Origin: Macrostomum lignano
Taxonomy: Eukaryota
NCBI GenBank assembly: GCA_002269645.1
Contig: NIVC01000713.1
Coordinates: 310,001 to 374,000, forward strand
Reading direction: 5' to 3'
DNA length: 64,000 nt
Shown here: piece by piece, positions 12,600 to 25,393 of the stretch
Position numbering within the stretch: the stretch's first letter is position 1
Layout: each line of letters opens with the position of its first letter
Notes under the pieces: model-generated
Database searches by the model: none
Seen by the model: only the letters and a program-made list of their open reading frames with translations
Told to the model about the DNA's origin: nothing
Made by a program: the position numbers and the translations under genes

Positions 12600-13152
12600 C
12601 CCAAATCCTCAGTTGCTGGGCCAGCCTCCCAGATCCTCAGTTGCTGGGCCAGCCTCCCAGACCCTCAGTTGCTGGGCCAGCCTCCCAGATCCTCAGTTGC
12701 TGGGCCAGCCTCCCAGACCCTCAGTTGCTGGGCCAGCCTCCCAGACCCTCAGTTGCTGGGCCAGCCTCCCACATCCTCAGTTGCTGGGCCAGCCTCTCAG
12801 ACCCTCAGTTGCTGGGCCAGCCTCTCAGATCCTCAGTTGCTGGGCCAGCCTCCCAGATCCTCAGTTGCTGGGCCAGCCTCCCAGACCCTCAGTTGCTGGG
12901 TCAGCCTCCCACACCCTCAGTTGCTGGGCCAGCCTCCCAGACCCTCAGTTGCTAGGCCAGCCTCCCAGATCCTCAGTTGCTGGGTCAGCCTCCCAGATCC
13001 TCAGTTGCTGGGCCAGCCTCTCAGACCCTCAGTTGCTGGGCTAGCCCCCCAGACCCTCAGTTGCTGGGCCAGCCTCCCAGATCCTCAGTTGCTGGGCCAG
13101 CCTCCCAGACCCTCAGTTGCTGGGCCAGCCTCCCAGACCCTCAGTTGCTGGG
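12600..13152. repeat. 28-bp minisatellite, copy 2 (inverted orientation)
   Basis: CCTCAGTTGCTGGGCCAGCCTCCCAGAT units, the reverse complement of the 7355 family. Confidence 0.95.
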
Positions 13153-13644
13153 TCATCGCTATCTTGTCTGTTCCCCAGAGTCAAGCATCACCTGGCTTGC
13201 AAAAGTACCTGATATGATAACGTTAAGTGACCTAATTTTATCGTACTGGGTTTCAGTTGTTTTTTGTTAGAAAGCAAAGAATCAATGAAAGTTAAGATGT
13301 TATAAAAATATGTCACAAGTGACTCTACTATACTCGTATGTTTCTCAGAAAAATCTAATAAGATTTAATTTTCATTTTAAGATTTAAGATCTAATAAGAT
13401 TTTTCAGATAAAGATAAATCGGGCAAAAAGTGTTCAACCGAAACTAAACGCATTAAAATGGATTATTGCGCACCTGCACACATGGTTGCCTACTAACGAG
13501 TTCAAAAAAGCTGCCGAGAAATTGTTACTACCTTTTAGAAAAAAACTTTAACTCGCTCTGCTCGGATATGTTTTCAGAGTAAATTTTGCTGTGTTTAACT
13601 TTTGCTGCAATGTGCGGAGCTAATGTGGGTGGCGGTGACGAAGG

Positions 13645-14533
13645 GACTGACCCAGCAACTGAGGATCTGGGAGGCTGGCCCAGCAACTGAGGATCTGAGA
13701 GGCTGACCCAGCAACTGAGGATCTGAGAGGCTGGCCCAGCAACTGAGAATCTGTGAGGCTGGCCCAGCAACTGAGGATCTGGGAGGCTGGCCCAGCAACT
13801 GAGAATCTGTGAGGCTGGCCCAGAAACTGAGCATCTGGGAGGCTGGCCCAGCAACTGAGGATCTGGGAGGCTGCCCAGCAACTGAGGGTCTGGGAGGCTG
13901 GCCCAGCAACTGAGGGTCTGGGGGGCTGGCCCAGCAACTGAGGATCTGGGAGGCTGGCCCAGCAACTGAGAATCTGTGAGGCTGGCCCAGAAACTGAGCA
14001 TCTGGGAGGCTGGCCCAGCAACTGAGGATCTGGGAGGCTGCCCAGCAACTGAGGATCTGAGAAGCTGGCCCAGCAACTGAGGACCTGGGAGGCTGGCCCA
14101 GCAACTGAGGACCTGGGAGGCTGGCCCAGCAACTGAGGATCTGGGAGGCTGGCCCAGCAACTGAGGATCTGAGAGGCTGGCCCAGCAACTGAGGATCTGG
14201 GAGGCTGGCCCAGCAACTGAGGATCTGGGAGGCTGGCCCAGCAACTGAGGATCAGGGAGGCTGGCCCAGCAACTGAGGATCTGGGAGGTTGGAACAGCAA
14301 CTGAGGATCTGGGAGGTTGGAATAGCAACTGAGGATGTGGGAGGCTGGCCCAGCAACTGAGGATCTGGGAGGCTGGCCCAGCAACTGAGCATCTGATATG
14401 CTGGCCCAGCAGCTAGGGATCTGGGAGACTGGCCCAGCAACTGAGCATCTGGGAGGCTGGCCCAGCAGCTAGGGATCTGGGAGGCTGGACCAGCAACTGA
14501 GCATCCGGTAGGGCAGCCCAGCAACTGAGGATT
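13645..14533. repeat. 28-bp minisatellite, copy 3
   Basis: Same family and orientation as the 7355 array. Confidence 0.95.
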
Positions 14534-14649
14534 TTGCAGTGTCGAAATCGGATTATCAGGGGGTGTAGTGAAATCCTCCTAAACAATAATCCCCATCAGA
14601 CAACCAGCAGATCCCACCAACACGCGCATATCAGTAGAAAAGAACTTTT

Positions 14650-15168
14650 TCACTCTCTCTCTTGCATGCCAAAAGCAGGGCGTGAGTCACATCGTCCCAA
14701 GCCGAACAGAAAATGCCTTAACCTACACATGCAGCGCTGCACAGGCAGAACTACACGAACTGGTTGGTAATGGATATCTAGATCGGCAGTACTAACCACA
14801 CGACCATGCGCGCACGGTCGAGGACTTAAAAAGGCTGATGATGTGTAGGAAATGCGCACGGCTGATATCCGAGCCCCGTTGATCCACTGGGGGGGAGGCA
14901 AGCAAATAGGAATAATATCCCATACTAAACTACACCTTAGATATCCGCAGGGCAGGCTGTAGACTAGGAAATTGAATAGGGTAAGAAGCAAAATGCGGCA
15001 AAAAGAAAAAAACTGGTCATAAGGAGAGGAGAGACGAGGTTGCCCCAGTTTGACCTGCGCCCACGCTGGCTCTAATGATAAGCTCATAATGACTAGATAT
15101 GAAGGCCACGTTCGTGCTTGATCTGATAGCATAGGTACAGATATTAGCACTCTGTTGATTGTTAGTAA
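14650..15168 (-). CDS. Two further candidate exons (15168-15055 and 14963-14650)
   Basis: Acceptors TTATGCTATTTCCAG|TT and long pyrimidine tract...TTCCTAG|TC, both phase 1. 91-nt intron with weak donor GTCAAA. Open frames to stop at 14650. Confidence 0.27.
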   Translation of the reverse strand, partial: LLTINRVLISVPMLSDQARTWPSYLVIMSLSLEPAWAQVKLGQPRLSSPYDQFFSFCRILLLTLFNFLVYSLPCGYLRCSLVWDIIPICLPPPQWINGARISAVRISYTSSAFLSPRPCAHGRVVSTADLDIHYQPVRVVLPVQRCMCRLRHFLFGLGRCDSRPAFGMQERE

Positions 15169-15304
15169 CTGGAAATAGCATAAAACAACTGGACCCATAA
15201 AAAGGCAAACTAGCTAATACGATTATTGCTAATATAGATTGAATTAACATGAGAATGTAGGATAAACGGACAGAATGTCACTAAACAGATATAAACTAAA
15301 CTAA

Positions 15305-16025
<721 letters not shown>

Positions 16026-16197
16026 AAATCCTTCCGGTACTTTAGTAAAATTATATACTACTTATACATAAAAATCGAGCCAGCTTAAAAAATTTCAAAA
16101 ATGTATTTGCAAACCGAACATAAACCTCTCAGGCTACTGACAGTAGTATAAAAAGAATATATACACACAAAACACCCAAAATCATTGCAGAACTCAC

Positions 16198-16325
16198 CCA
16201 ACCGATCAATTTTGTTGCCAATTTCGTTGAGTCTATTACTTGGCTGGCTCGATCTTCGTTTAAAAGCAGTTCGCCACTTTTTACACAGCCTTACTGTCCA
16301 GTCTTGGGAGTTCTTTTGCTTTTTT
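16198..16325 (-). CDS. Candidate exon of the unrecognised gene (KKQKNSQDWTVRLCKKWRTAF...)
   Basis: Acceptor TTTCTGGTTTTTATAAAG| (phase 2), open frame, strong phase-1 donor G|GTGAGT. Confidence 0.33.
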
Positions 16326-16464
16326 CTTTATAAAAACCAGAAACCCTGACGCTGACAAGCCTCTACTGAGGACGGCGAAAGGCGAATTTCTCGGCTGCTA
16401 ATTATCGGATCTGGCATGGGACGAAACTTGCATTGTTACTAATAGTAACGATAGTAAAGCTCAC

Positions 16465-16471
16465 TGCGATC
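16465..16471 (-). CDS. Candidate 7-nt microexon (GATCGCA)
   Basis: TGTTGTTTTGCAG|GATCGCA|GTGAGC. Converts phase 1 to phase 2, as needed between flanking candidate exons. Confidence 0.3.
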
Positions 16472-16689
16472 CTGCAAAACAACACGAGTCTTGAATAGAA
16501 CAGAACAGAACAGTATAGAATAGAATAGAATCTTGAATACTCTGCTTCTCTACTAACAGTAGTGTCTTAAGAACATTTAGGCAACTAATGATTTGTAACA
16601 AAAAAGCTGGACAGACAAATAAATTAACAGAGACCGACTTGACAGACAGGAAGTAGGGCAGAGACGGATAGACAGACAGACATTCGAAG

Positions 16690-16765
16690 GGACGAAGACA
16701 GACAGAGACAAGCAGACAGACACAGAGACAGACAGAGAGAAAGACAGGCACTAAGACTGACAGGC

Positions 16766-16808
<43 letters not shown>

Positions 16809-16960
16809 TCTAGACATTCAAAGACAGACAGAGAACAGACAGACAGACAGACACAGAGACAGACAGACAGAAAGACAGACAGACACACAGACAGACAGAC
16901 AGACAGACAGACAGAGAGACAGACACAAAGACAGACAGACAGACAGACAGACAGACACAC

Positions 16961-17003
<43 letters not shown>

Positions 17004-17028
17004 CAAAGACAGACAGACAGACAGACAG

Positions 17029-17111
<83 letters not shown>

Positions 17112-17142
17112 CACACAGACAGACACACAGACATAAAATCAG
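16690..17142. repeat. (GACA)n/(CA)n microsatellite
   Basis: Direct inspection. Confidence 0.96.
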
Positions 17143-17620
17143 ACACATACAGCCGCCACGGACAAATAGGTAGACAAGGAGAATTCAGGCATAAATGTAC
17201 AAATACACAAATGAACTCGAATGTAATATAAGGACTTTGTTTGAAGGTTAATTTCTGTACCTGTCTAAAGCACAGGTACATATTAATAATAAAACACAAC
17301 CACAACCAGCACTGACGGCAACTCTGCCCATTCCGATGACTCCTGAGATTTGGGGGTTGGCCCTCATGGGTGTGGCTAAGTATATAAATAATAAAAAGTA
17401 AAAGATTTAACAAACGACACACTAAAGGCAATAGTATTACTAATAAATAATGTATTTTCCTAAATCTAACAAGTTCACAAGCAGTACAGAATGACAACGA
17501 TTTACTACTCACAATAAGTAAGAAAACACGCAATGAGGCACTATTGTTACACATACTGCGAGTCAGCTCTGAGCATGAAATTCAAATGAGAAATGCTCCA
17601 GTCTGTGCACCTCAGCTTAC

Positions 17621-18076
17621 TGCCATCAGAATCAACAAAGACTCGCTCCGGTCCGCACTGGCTGAGCCCGTTGAACACAAAGACTCTGCTAGCCCTAACT
17701 GACCAAACAAAAGCAGACGAGGCCACGTCAGGTGACACGGTGTTTGTTCGCTTCTGGCCGCTAATAAATCTCAAGTCGGACAGTTTTAATTGATCCTTAG
17801 GCACCCCGTAGCAACCAAATATTCGCATAGAGACGCCAACTCGAACACAGCGCAACAAGAAACTATTAGACGAGTGCGGTCCCGCGTGCTCAATGCTCAA
17901 ATTGCAGAGATCGATGGCTCGAACTGCAGATTTAGTGGGCAAGCACTGCCTGACCGTGGCCTTCTGACCAATGCTCATTACCGAGTAATTAGCCATCACT
18001 TCGGCTGCGCAGTCTGGGGTCAGACAGGCTGGAGGCGACCCAGGCGATGCAGCCAGGTGTTTGCCAACTGACACAA
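17621..18076 (-). CDS. Candidate exon 3 of the unrecognised gene
   Basis: Lies within a 239-codon non-repetitive ORF. Acceptor CCTAATTATCACAG|TT (phase 1, CTAAT branch-like), phase-1 donor A|GTAAGC. No family recognised. Confidence 0.4.
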
Positions 18077-19083
18077 CTGTGATAATTAGGCGGCGAACTT
18101 CTGTCCGAAAATTCACACCGCAGGTAAGCAGCAGCATGAGTACGCGGCCAGTTTGGCTGAATCGAGTCAAGCGGCCCAAGCGTTGCTCATGTTGCAGTTG
18201 CAGCACTGGCAGGCCAAACAGAGCCTGCTGCCTCCGGCCAATGCCAAGCTGCTGTCTGTGTTGCACTTTTGCTTGCTATGGAATGATGAAACACAAAATA
18301 ATGTTAGGTTTTGTATACTAATCATCATAGATTTTTTTCAAATTCTAAAAAATATTATTTAACAATAAGTCAAATATTTGTATGTTTTAGGTTTCTGTTG
18401 TATTGTGTATTGTGCAGTGTTGGGCATCATTGGTGAAAATCTTACCTTTCTTAATGGCAAAAGCATTGCCTTGCCATTAATTTAACCTTGTCTAACCTTG
18501 TTTGAACTCTTTCTTTTGTTAAGTAACTTAATATAATTATTAATAAGCATTTATCTCTTGATGTTAACATATAATATGTAGGAATTTCACACTTTTTTAA
18601 ATAGACTTTGTAAATAAGAATATTATATAAATATTAGGCTTATAAAAAAGTAATTAATACATTTGCAAGGTCAACATCAGAAACAAAGAGATTAATTAAG
18701 CACTTAATTAGGCAAATAGATTAATTAATGCAAATTATTAATGATTGATAATGAAAAATCTTATTGCTTACTAAAGGATAAATTCCTATTAATGGATTAG
18801 TACCAAAACACTAGTATTTTTGTATATCAACATTAACTTTTGGATTTGAACTTTTAGATATAATCAATCAATATGTTTAAGGATTATATATTAAACTCTG
18901 CCTTATAGTCAACAGCTATATCTTCCAAGTTTTTTAAGGAGAAAATAAATAACAGTTTATGTCATTTAAAATATCTACTTCTAAATAAGTCAAATAATAT
19001 CATAGGCCTATAGCATGCTAGGGTGCCAGTTTTTTTTAATAAATTTTAATTATTTCATACACATGCTTCAGTACAGCCTAGGA

Positions 19084-19227
19084 ATTCACCTAGCCATTTC
19101 TATTGGCAACACACACACACATACACACAAATGTAAATCACTATTGGATAGAATAGTAGTCACGTGACTGCTTTTAGCCAATAGCAACTTACATGTATGT
19201 GTTGCCAATAGAAATGGCTAGGTGAAT
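19084..19227. mobile_element. 144-bp palindromic MITE-like element
   Basis: Perfect 29-bp inverted repeat ATTCACCTAGCCATTTCTATTGGCAACAC at both ends, plus an inner imperfect palindrome around AGTCACGTGACT. Confidence 0.6.
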
Positions 19228-22200
19228 CTCAAAGTTCTGCATGTATGTTTATATTTCTTTTTAACCATGATACATGATTTTTATATAATTAAAAAAATTG
19301 TGCTTTTTTAATTTCATTAGAAATAAATATTCTGTGGCAGGCAAAGCTTCTACTTCCCCATATGTAAACATTCCCCATATACTGTAATGTTTCTCCCTCC
19401 CTATAACCATGGCATGTAGTTGTCAATGTCACTATTTCCCTATATGGATATCCCTTTTACCTTTAGTATATTTTGGGTTTTTTACCATCTATAATATTGT
19501 TTTATTGTTATTATAAATAGGGCTATACTCAATATTAGTAATTACTACCCAATGTATCTCTCTTTTCTAGGAGACTGACAATTGATTGCTACAATTTGAC
19601 TACCACAATTTTATTGCCATCTTTTTTCACTGCTAGATATTTAACAATTTTATTACCAAGCAATTTAACTACAATTTAACAATTTAGTCATTTTTTAAAA
19701 CTACAAACATGAGAAACTTAATAGCTGAAGCTCTTATTAGCATCCTAAGTTTGTCTGAATTGTTTCAAACATTGGGAATGTTCAAACATTCAAACATTTA
19801 GCATTGGAAAGCCAAAAAAATACAATACAAGTTTTTTAATAAACTACTTATAGCATCTCTTTGCAATATACCTTAGCAGTCTCTTAGAAGCCTTGACATG
19901 TCAGCAATTCCCCCCACAAGTCTTAACATATTAACTTCCTCCCTTGACATCTTAACAACCCCCCCTATACTATAAGCCTTGAAATCTTAAAAAATCAATC
20001 AACCTACTAACCCTAACCTTAACCCTATATTTAACAATGAAAGTTATATACAAAGATATTTTGTATAATTAATTAGTCTATTTATAATAGAAGCATAGTT
20101 TTGTTTGTTATTTTTATTTATATAGGCTTTATAAAACTAAATTTATCAAAATGTTTAAACTTAAAAATAGGTTTACTAAAAGGTTAAAGCTAAATATTAT
20201 TATATTTTATAAGTCTAAATCATGTTTGATGCATGCCCTAACAAAAATTTAATAGGGCCTAATTATAAATGTATGCCAAAAAAAAACTTTTAGTGCATGC
20301 CCTAGGCCTACTTATAATTTCAAATCTATACTAGTATTGCAACAATAAATAGCCTTTTTGCACTGTAACAGTAAATGACCTTTTTTATTATATAAAAAAT
20401 CCTTTTTAGAAGATAATTTGATTGCTTTTTTATATTTCTTGCCTATATTATCTTTAGTAGAAAATTGATATGCACAAAACTTTGTTTAAATGCTAATGTT
20501 ACAAGCTTAAAACCAGAAACAAAAGCTTGAAATTTACATTTAAAATAAACTTTTTGAAATAATATTTTTTCACTTATAAGTCAATACTAGGCCTAACTCT
20601 TCCATGTGATTCTATGAAATGTATACCAGGTATGCATTTTTGCATATTATTTTATTTTCTTAGGAGTCCTACATGCCAACTTTTGACATACAAGGCCTAA
20701 TACTAATACATGCCAAAATTTTTGGAAATATACTACATGATCTAGACGACTAGAGTGTAGGCTATATTTTTTATATAATATTGCAATAGTTTTGTAATCC
20801 CTACTATATTTTACATATATTGAACTAAAACTTTTATTTAGTTTATTATAAACAGAAATCTTTCTATACAAAAGGCTATGGATAGGCCCTAGGCCTATTT
20901 AGTCTTTCAAGCATAGTAGGGGGGCCTAGCTAGAACAAATATGATTGCCAAATATTAATAAATTTTGCCTTTGATTTTAAATAGTACTAGCCTAAAGGAG
21001 TATAGGCCTATAAAAGCAGATAAATTACATTTTGCAAGATATAGGCCTTTAGGCACTACTACTAACTATAGTAATAATCTAAATATACTAAATCTCTATT
21101 AAAATTAGGCCCTAATAATACTAATAGATGGGCCTATGCTATCATTGCTATGCAGGCTATGCCTAGTTCTAGTAGTTATTATAGTCACTTATTAAGGTAA
21201 AATTTAAGGTAATGTACAGACTATACTACATGGCATACACGTGTAGCTTGCTAATTTTATTAACGACATAAGAATTAGGATCCAGGCCCACGAAATACAT
21301 AGCAACAGCAACGTGTGCCGTGAGGCGTGAGGCGATGTCGACGGCGAGGTGACTAATATACTTGAGGTTGTGGTCAATTAGAATTAGTCTTATCCAAGAA
21401 AAAAGGCAGTATAACAACTTGCAACTTCTGTGATACAATTGTATTTTATTGCGTGTCAAAATGTGCAGAATTCTTAGCTATGTTTAAGAAATATTTAATT
21501 AATCAAAAAACTAAATTACAATGCCAAATTTTCTAATTTAGGAGAAAAATGTTGTACTTCGATAATATACCAAAGGTTTAGAAAAAATCGCGTCCTTTGA
21601 TACAAAATCCATGAAAATACTTTTATCTTTACTATTGCACCACTGAAATTTTTTATTCTACAGAAATGCAGTGCAGCTCTTGGTCTTAAGATAATGCAGG
21701 ATGAAAATGCAGGGTTCAAATAATCCCCTTATATTATAAACTTTAATGAAGTTTGGATCGAGGCTGGATCAGTTGCCGACGCCCCACCATTTTGCTGGCG
21801 ACCACGGGCGCTATAGTGCTGCGATGTCGTGCAGAGAGATCCGGTGGTGCCGCGGTGTCTGCTGCGCAGTCCCCTCCAGAGATTCCATGAATTCTCTGTC
21901 CTGTCCACTGTTGAGTCCTTTAGCAGGCCTGCGGCGCGGGCGGGGAACGACAGCAGTGGACCGCGCGGGATTTGCCGCCAGGGGCGTGTTAGCCCACCTC
22001 TCTCTGTGCTTAGATGCCACAAGCTGATGCGAGTGGTGACAAGGGCGATATGGGGTTATTTAGTAATACGGGGCCACATTGGGTATGTCACACGGGCATA
22101 TAGCCGTGACCTTCTGTTACCGGGTCCTGATCGATTTGGGCTGCTTCAGCTTCGCGATTTTGCCCTTGATGGGGTACACATCCTCGGGAGGGGTCGTGAC

Positions 22201-22289
22201 GTGCAGGAGCTCTATTTCCTGGGCTCCCGCTCGCCTGTTTACGCTTGGTGGTGTAGGATTTAAAGCTGAAGATTTGGATCCACATCACC

Positions 22290-23056
22290 TACAGTATAGC
22301 TGGTAGAGATAAGGGACATGTCCGAGTAGCGGAGCATCCAGTTATCAGACAGTCCGAGGATTGCCTTGAAATCGTCTCCAACCAGCTTGCAGATAGCCTC
22401 ATGATCCACGACGCCATTTGCCGGAAAGTCTCGCCCAGTAGCAGGCGACGGACGATCGATCCCTGTCCTCGCTCACGGCACTTCAAGCAGGCCCACTGGA
22501 CCATGCAGGAAACTGCAAACACAATCAGGTGCTGGCACCTGCTGCTCGACATCAGCCGCAACACAGCTTCCATCCAGTTGGTTTGGGTGCCGGCACACTG
22601 CGGCATCCCCCTCAATGAGGCGGCAGACCGAGCTGCCGGATTGGCCAGAAGACTGTCTCAAAGTGACGCACCGGTCTCTTTCAGCGCTGCCAAGGCGGCC
22701 ATTCGGCGCGACCGGCGCGCCCTGGAAGGCAGCATCCTCCCAGCGCGCCGGCCGGCTTTCCGTGCGAGAAATCGGCTAGAGCAGACTGTGGTGTGCCAGC
22801 TCAAGGCTGGCGCGTCGATGCTCTGCGCCGAAGACTCCGCCTGGGTTTGACCGACTCCCCTCAATGCCCGGATTGCGGGGAGACTGATGACAGTGAACAC
22901 GCTTTATTCCGCTGCCCCCGTGGAGACGCTCGGCGCATGCCCCTGATCGGCAACGATACCGAGCGCCTCCTACGGGTTCCGGGACTTGGGCTCTCGTTCC
23001 TACGAAGCCTGGGGCGCTGGCCCCCGTCTGTCAGAAGAAGAAGAAGAAGAAGAAGC
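22290..23056 (+). mobile_element. 5'-truncated, decayed LINE 3' end (RNase H + CCHC knuckle + (AAG)n tail)
   Basis: IQLVWVPAHCGIPLNEAADRAA (RNase H of RNase-H-bearing non-LTR elements), CPDCGETDDSEHALFRCP, then an (AGA)n tract at ~23033-23055. Frameshifted. Confidence 0.85.
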
Positions 23057-23334
23057 TCGTGTGTGCGGCACAAAACTGCGACCGCGTCTACACCGCGGTG
23101 CTACCTTATGAGCAAGATCTTTGGTTTCCCTTAGCAGACAAGAGCCGCATGCGACATCTTTTTCCTCCGACCTTCGGGACCTGCCCCCTCGCCGGCTCAC
23201 CGTGCTTACAAAAAATCTTGCTGACAGCTAACGCCATCGCTCTAGTTCAATACCTTCCTGGACGAGACGAAACCACCAATTTCGCTTCGTGACCGTCAGG
23301 TCAGCCAAAAATTTCGCAACCTTGCTCCTTTTGG

Positions 23335-23620
23335 TTGCCCCATCGTCACAACGGATGAAGCCCTCAAACTCATCAAGAGCACCGCTACCTCCAAAGCCAT
23401 AGGATCAGATGGCCTCTGCCCAGTGAAACACCTGAGACCCAAAGAAATTGCATTCCTTTGCATGCTTTTCAATCTCTGCGTCCGCTCCAGCGTCTTTCCG
23501 TCCACCTTGACGTCCGCCAAAGTTTTTTCTGTTGCCGAAAGCCCAGTAGGGACTCCTCTCTCGGTGGCTCATACCGACTCATCTCCATCCTGTCGCTTGT
23601 CATGCTAAAAGAATAATATG
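23335..23620 (+). mobile_element. LINE reverse transcriptase N-terminal fragment
   Basis: TTDEALKLIKSTATSKAIGSDG...KHL...LFNLCVRSSVFP, then shifted KPSRDSSLGGSYRLISILS, matching the KAPGPDG...SYRPISLLS region of non-LTR RTs. Confidence 0.75.
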
Positions 23621-23624
23621 GATT

Positions 23625-23900
23625 ACACATGCCGATCACCGGCCCCAATGGGCAAATGTGCAACCGACAGCCCAGCCGCAGTTATTGCGTGGAGCATCTG
23701 AAGGGTGCGTAGTACGGCTGTTCAGTCCACGGTTTGGTCAGGGGGGGGGGTCGCCACACACAGCTTCAATTACCACAGCTAATGCTGGCACCCATTTTAC
23801 AGCTGGGTGAACTGAAGCAATGCAGCTTTAAATGTCTTACTCCTGGACACAAATTGTTCCGAGTGGGTCGAGATACGAACCCCCGACCTTTCAGTCGTGA
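23625..23900 (-). mobile_element. tRNA-derived SINE with CORE-like central domain (5' truncated)
   Basis: Minus strand AAGGTCGGGGGTTCGTATC (B-box-like), then TGTGTCCAGGAGTAAGACATTTAAAGC..TGCTTCAGTTCACCCAGCTGTAAAATGGGT, resembling CORE/V-type SINE domains. Confidence 0.6.
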
Positions 23901-24726
23901 GAATTCTTCATAGGCACAGACTCGAAAACTCGATTAAATTCACACAAAAATTATACCTAATTAATTTTTAAGAGCTTCCTTTATCTTTGTCACTACTACA
24001 TAGTGTAAGTAGTATATTTTGATACTGAATATTGGCTAGAAAATTCACGAGAGTTAACTAAAAGTCAAAATTGATCAGCTGAATTCGTATTCTTTTAACA
24101 TGCGAGTCAAACTATTCAGCACAATTGTTGGACGCATAAATTATTATCCTAATATATAGCCTCTTGGACCTTGGTCAAAGAAGGTCGATCAAAGCTATTG
24201 TCTCATATTTGTCAAAGTTTGCCTTAGAAGATATACAGCATACATTGTAGCTTGTGTTGTCTCCACACTTGAAAGCCGTTTGCTTCGGGCTTAGCAAAGT
24301 TAGGAAGATTTATTGCCTTCAATAGTCAGCTTGGTGGTGGCGCCATTCCCGCCATACCTTAAAATATAATTTCAATTCTCTCTTGGGGCAGCACCGACTA
24401 TGAGTAATCATGAATAACCAAGCCATTTTTCCGCCCATTGTACTACCAAGGTGGGGGATCCCCTCCCCTGACAATTACTTTTTTGCTGCGCCGGAACGGA
24501 GCAACGCGGGTTCAATCTATTGAAGGTACCGACGGCGTCGGGGTGATAACGGAATGCTTGAGAGACTGGCTGAGGATGTCCAGCAGTTGAGGTTTGCCCA
24601 CTGTCGAGGCTTGATCAGCGAAACTAGAGAAATTCGCATCAGGGTGCAGTCCATAGTCACCTGGTGCCACCTGTTGAAGGTCCAGAAGCTCCGCCTAGGT
24701 GAAGGCCAGTGACCGATGAAGTCAGA

Positions 24727-25393
24727 CATAGGCGTAGGAACATTTCAAAAAGTGGGGGCCAGGTTCAGTGGCGGATTTAGGGGGGGGGGGGGCGCACGCC
24801 CCCGTCGAGTTGAATTTTTTTATATGGAAAATGCACATTATCATGTACCGATTATTTTCAGAATCCGTATTGTCAGCACACTTTTATAAAGCGCCGCAGG
24901 CACTCATTTTAGCGACGCAGGCACTCATTTTAGCGCCGCAGGCACTCATTTTGGCGCTGCAGGCACTCATTTTGGCGCCGCAGGCACTCATTTTAGCGCC
25001 GCAGGCACTCATTTTAGCGCTGCAGGCACTCATTTTGGCGCTGCAGGCGCTCATTTTAGCGCTGCAGGCACTCATTTTGGCGCTGCAGGCACTCATTTTA
25101 GCGCTGCAGGCACTCATTTTGGCGCTGCAGGCACTCATTTTAGCGCCGCAGGCACTCATTTTAGCGCCGCAGGCACTCATTTTAGCGCTGCAGGCACTCA
25201 TTTTGGCGCTGCAGGCGCTATGTTTTGTCACCCTGCAGCAAAATGCATTCATGCAAATCAGCAAAAACCAAAAATAAGCAAGAAGTCTACATTTTACATT
25301 TAAAATGTGGAGGGACCAGATACAATTACTGGCCCCCCATTTTAAAAAGTGGGGGCCATGGCCCCACTGGCCCCCCCCGTTCCAACGCCTATG
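24727..25393. mobile_element. hAT-type MITE (667 bp) with internal 21-bp minisatellite
   Basis: TIRs CATAGGCGTAGGAAC / GTTCCAACGCCTATG (14/15 match), 8-bp TSD AAGTCAGA (24719-24726 and 25394-25401). Confidence 0.88.

Noticed and set aside
7355-14533. 28-bp repeats as CRISPR-like arrays
   Set aside because: Units are head-to-tail with no unique spacers, the context is eukaryotic, and no cas genes are present. The same applies to all other arrays.
18124-18362. Plus-strand Q/A-rich frame as a decayed hAT transposase or exon
   Set aside because: Only a vague resemblance, no diagnostic motif, and the frame runs into degenerate AT-rich sequence.
20005-20030. TAACCCTAACCTTAACCCT as an interstitial telomere
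   Set aside because: Only about three imperfect units; common in repeat remnants.
23860-23900. Possible tRNA gene
   Set aside because: Only a B-box-like 3' half is present, directly followed by a SINE core domain; no cloverleaf.
24517-24717. Minus-strand frame AELLDLQQ...DILSQSLKH as an exon (faint F-box/Emi1-like impression)
   Set aside because: Phase does not fit the neighbouring exons, the frame ends in a stop, and the similarity is too weak to support.
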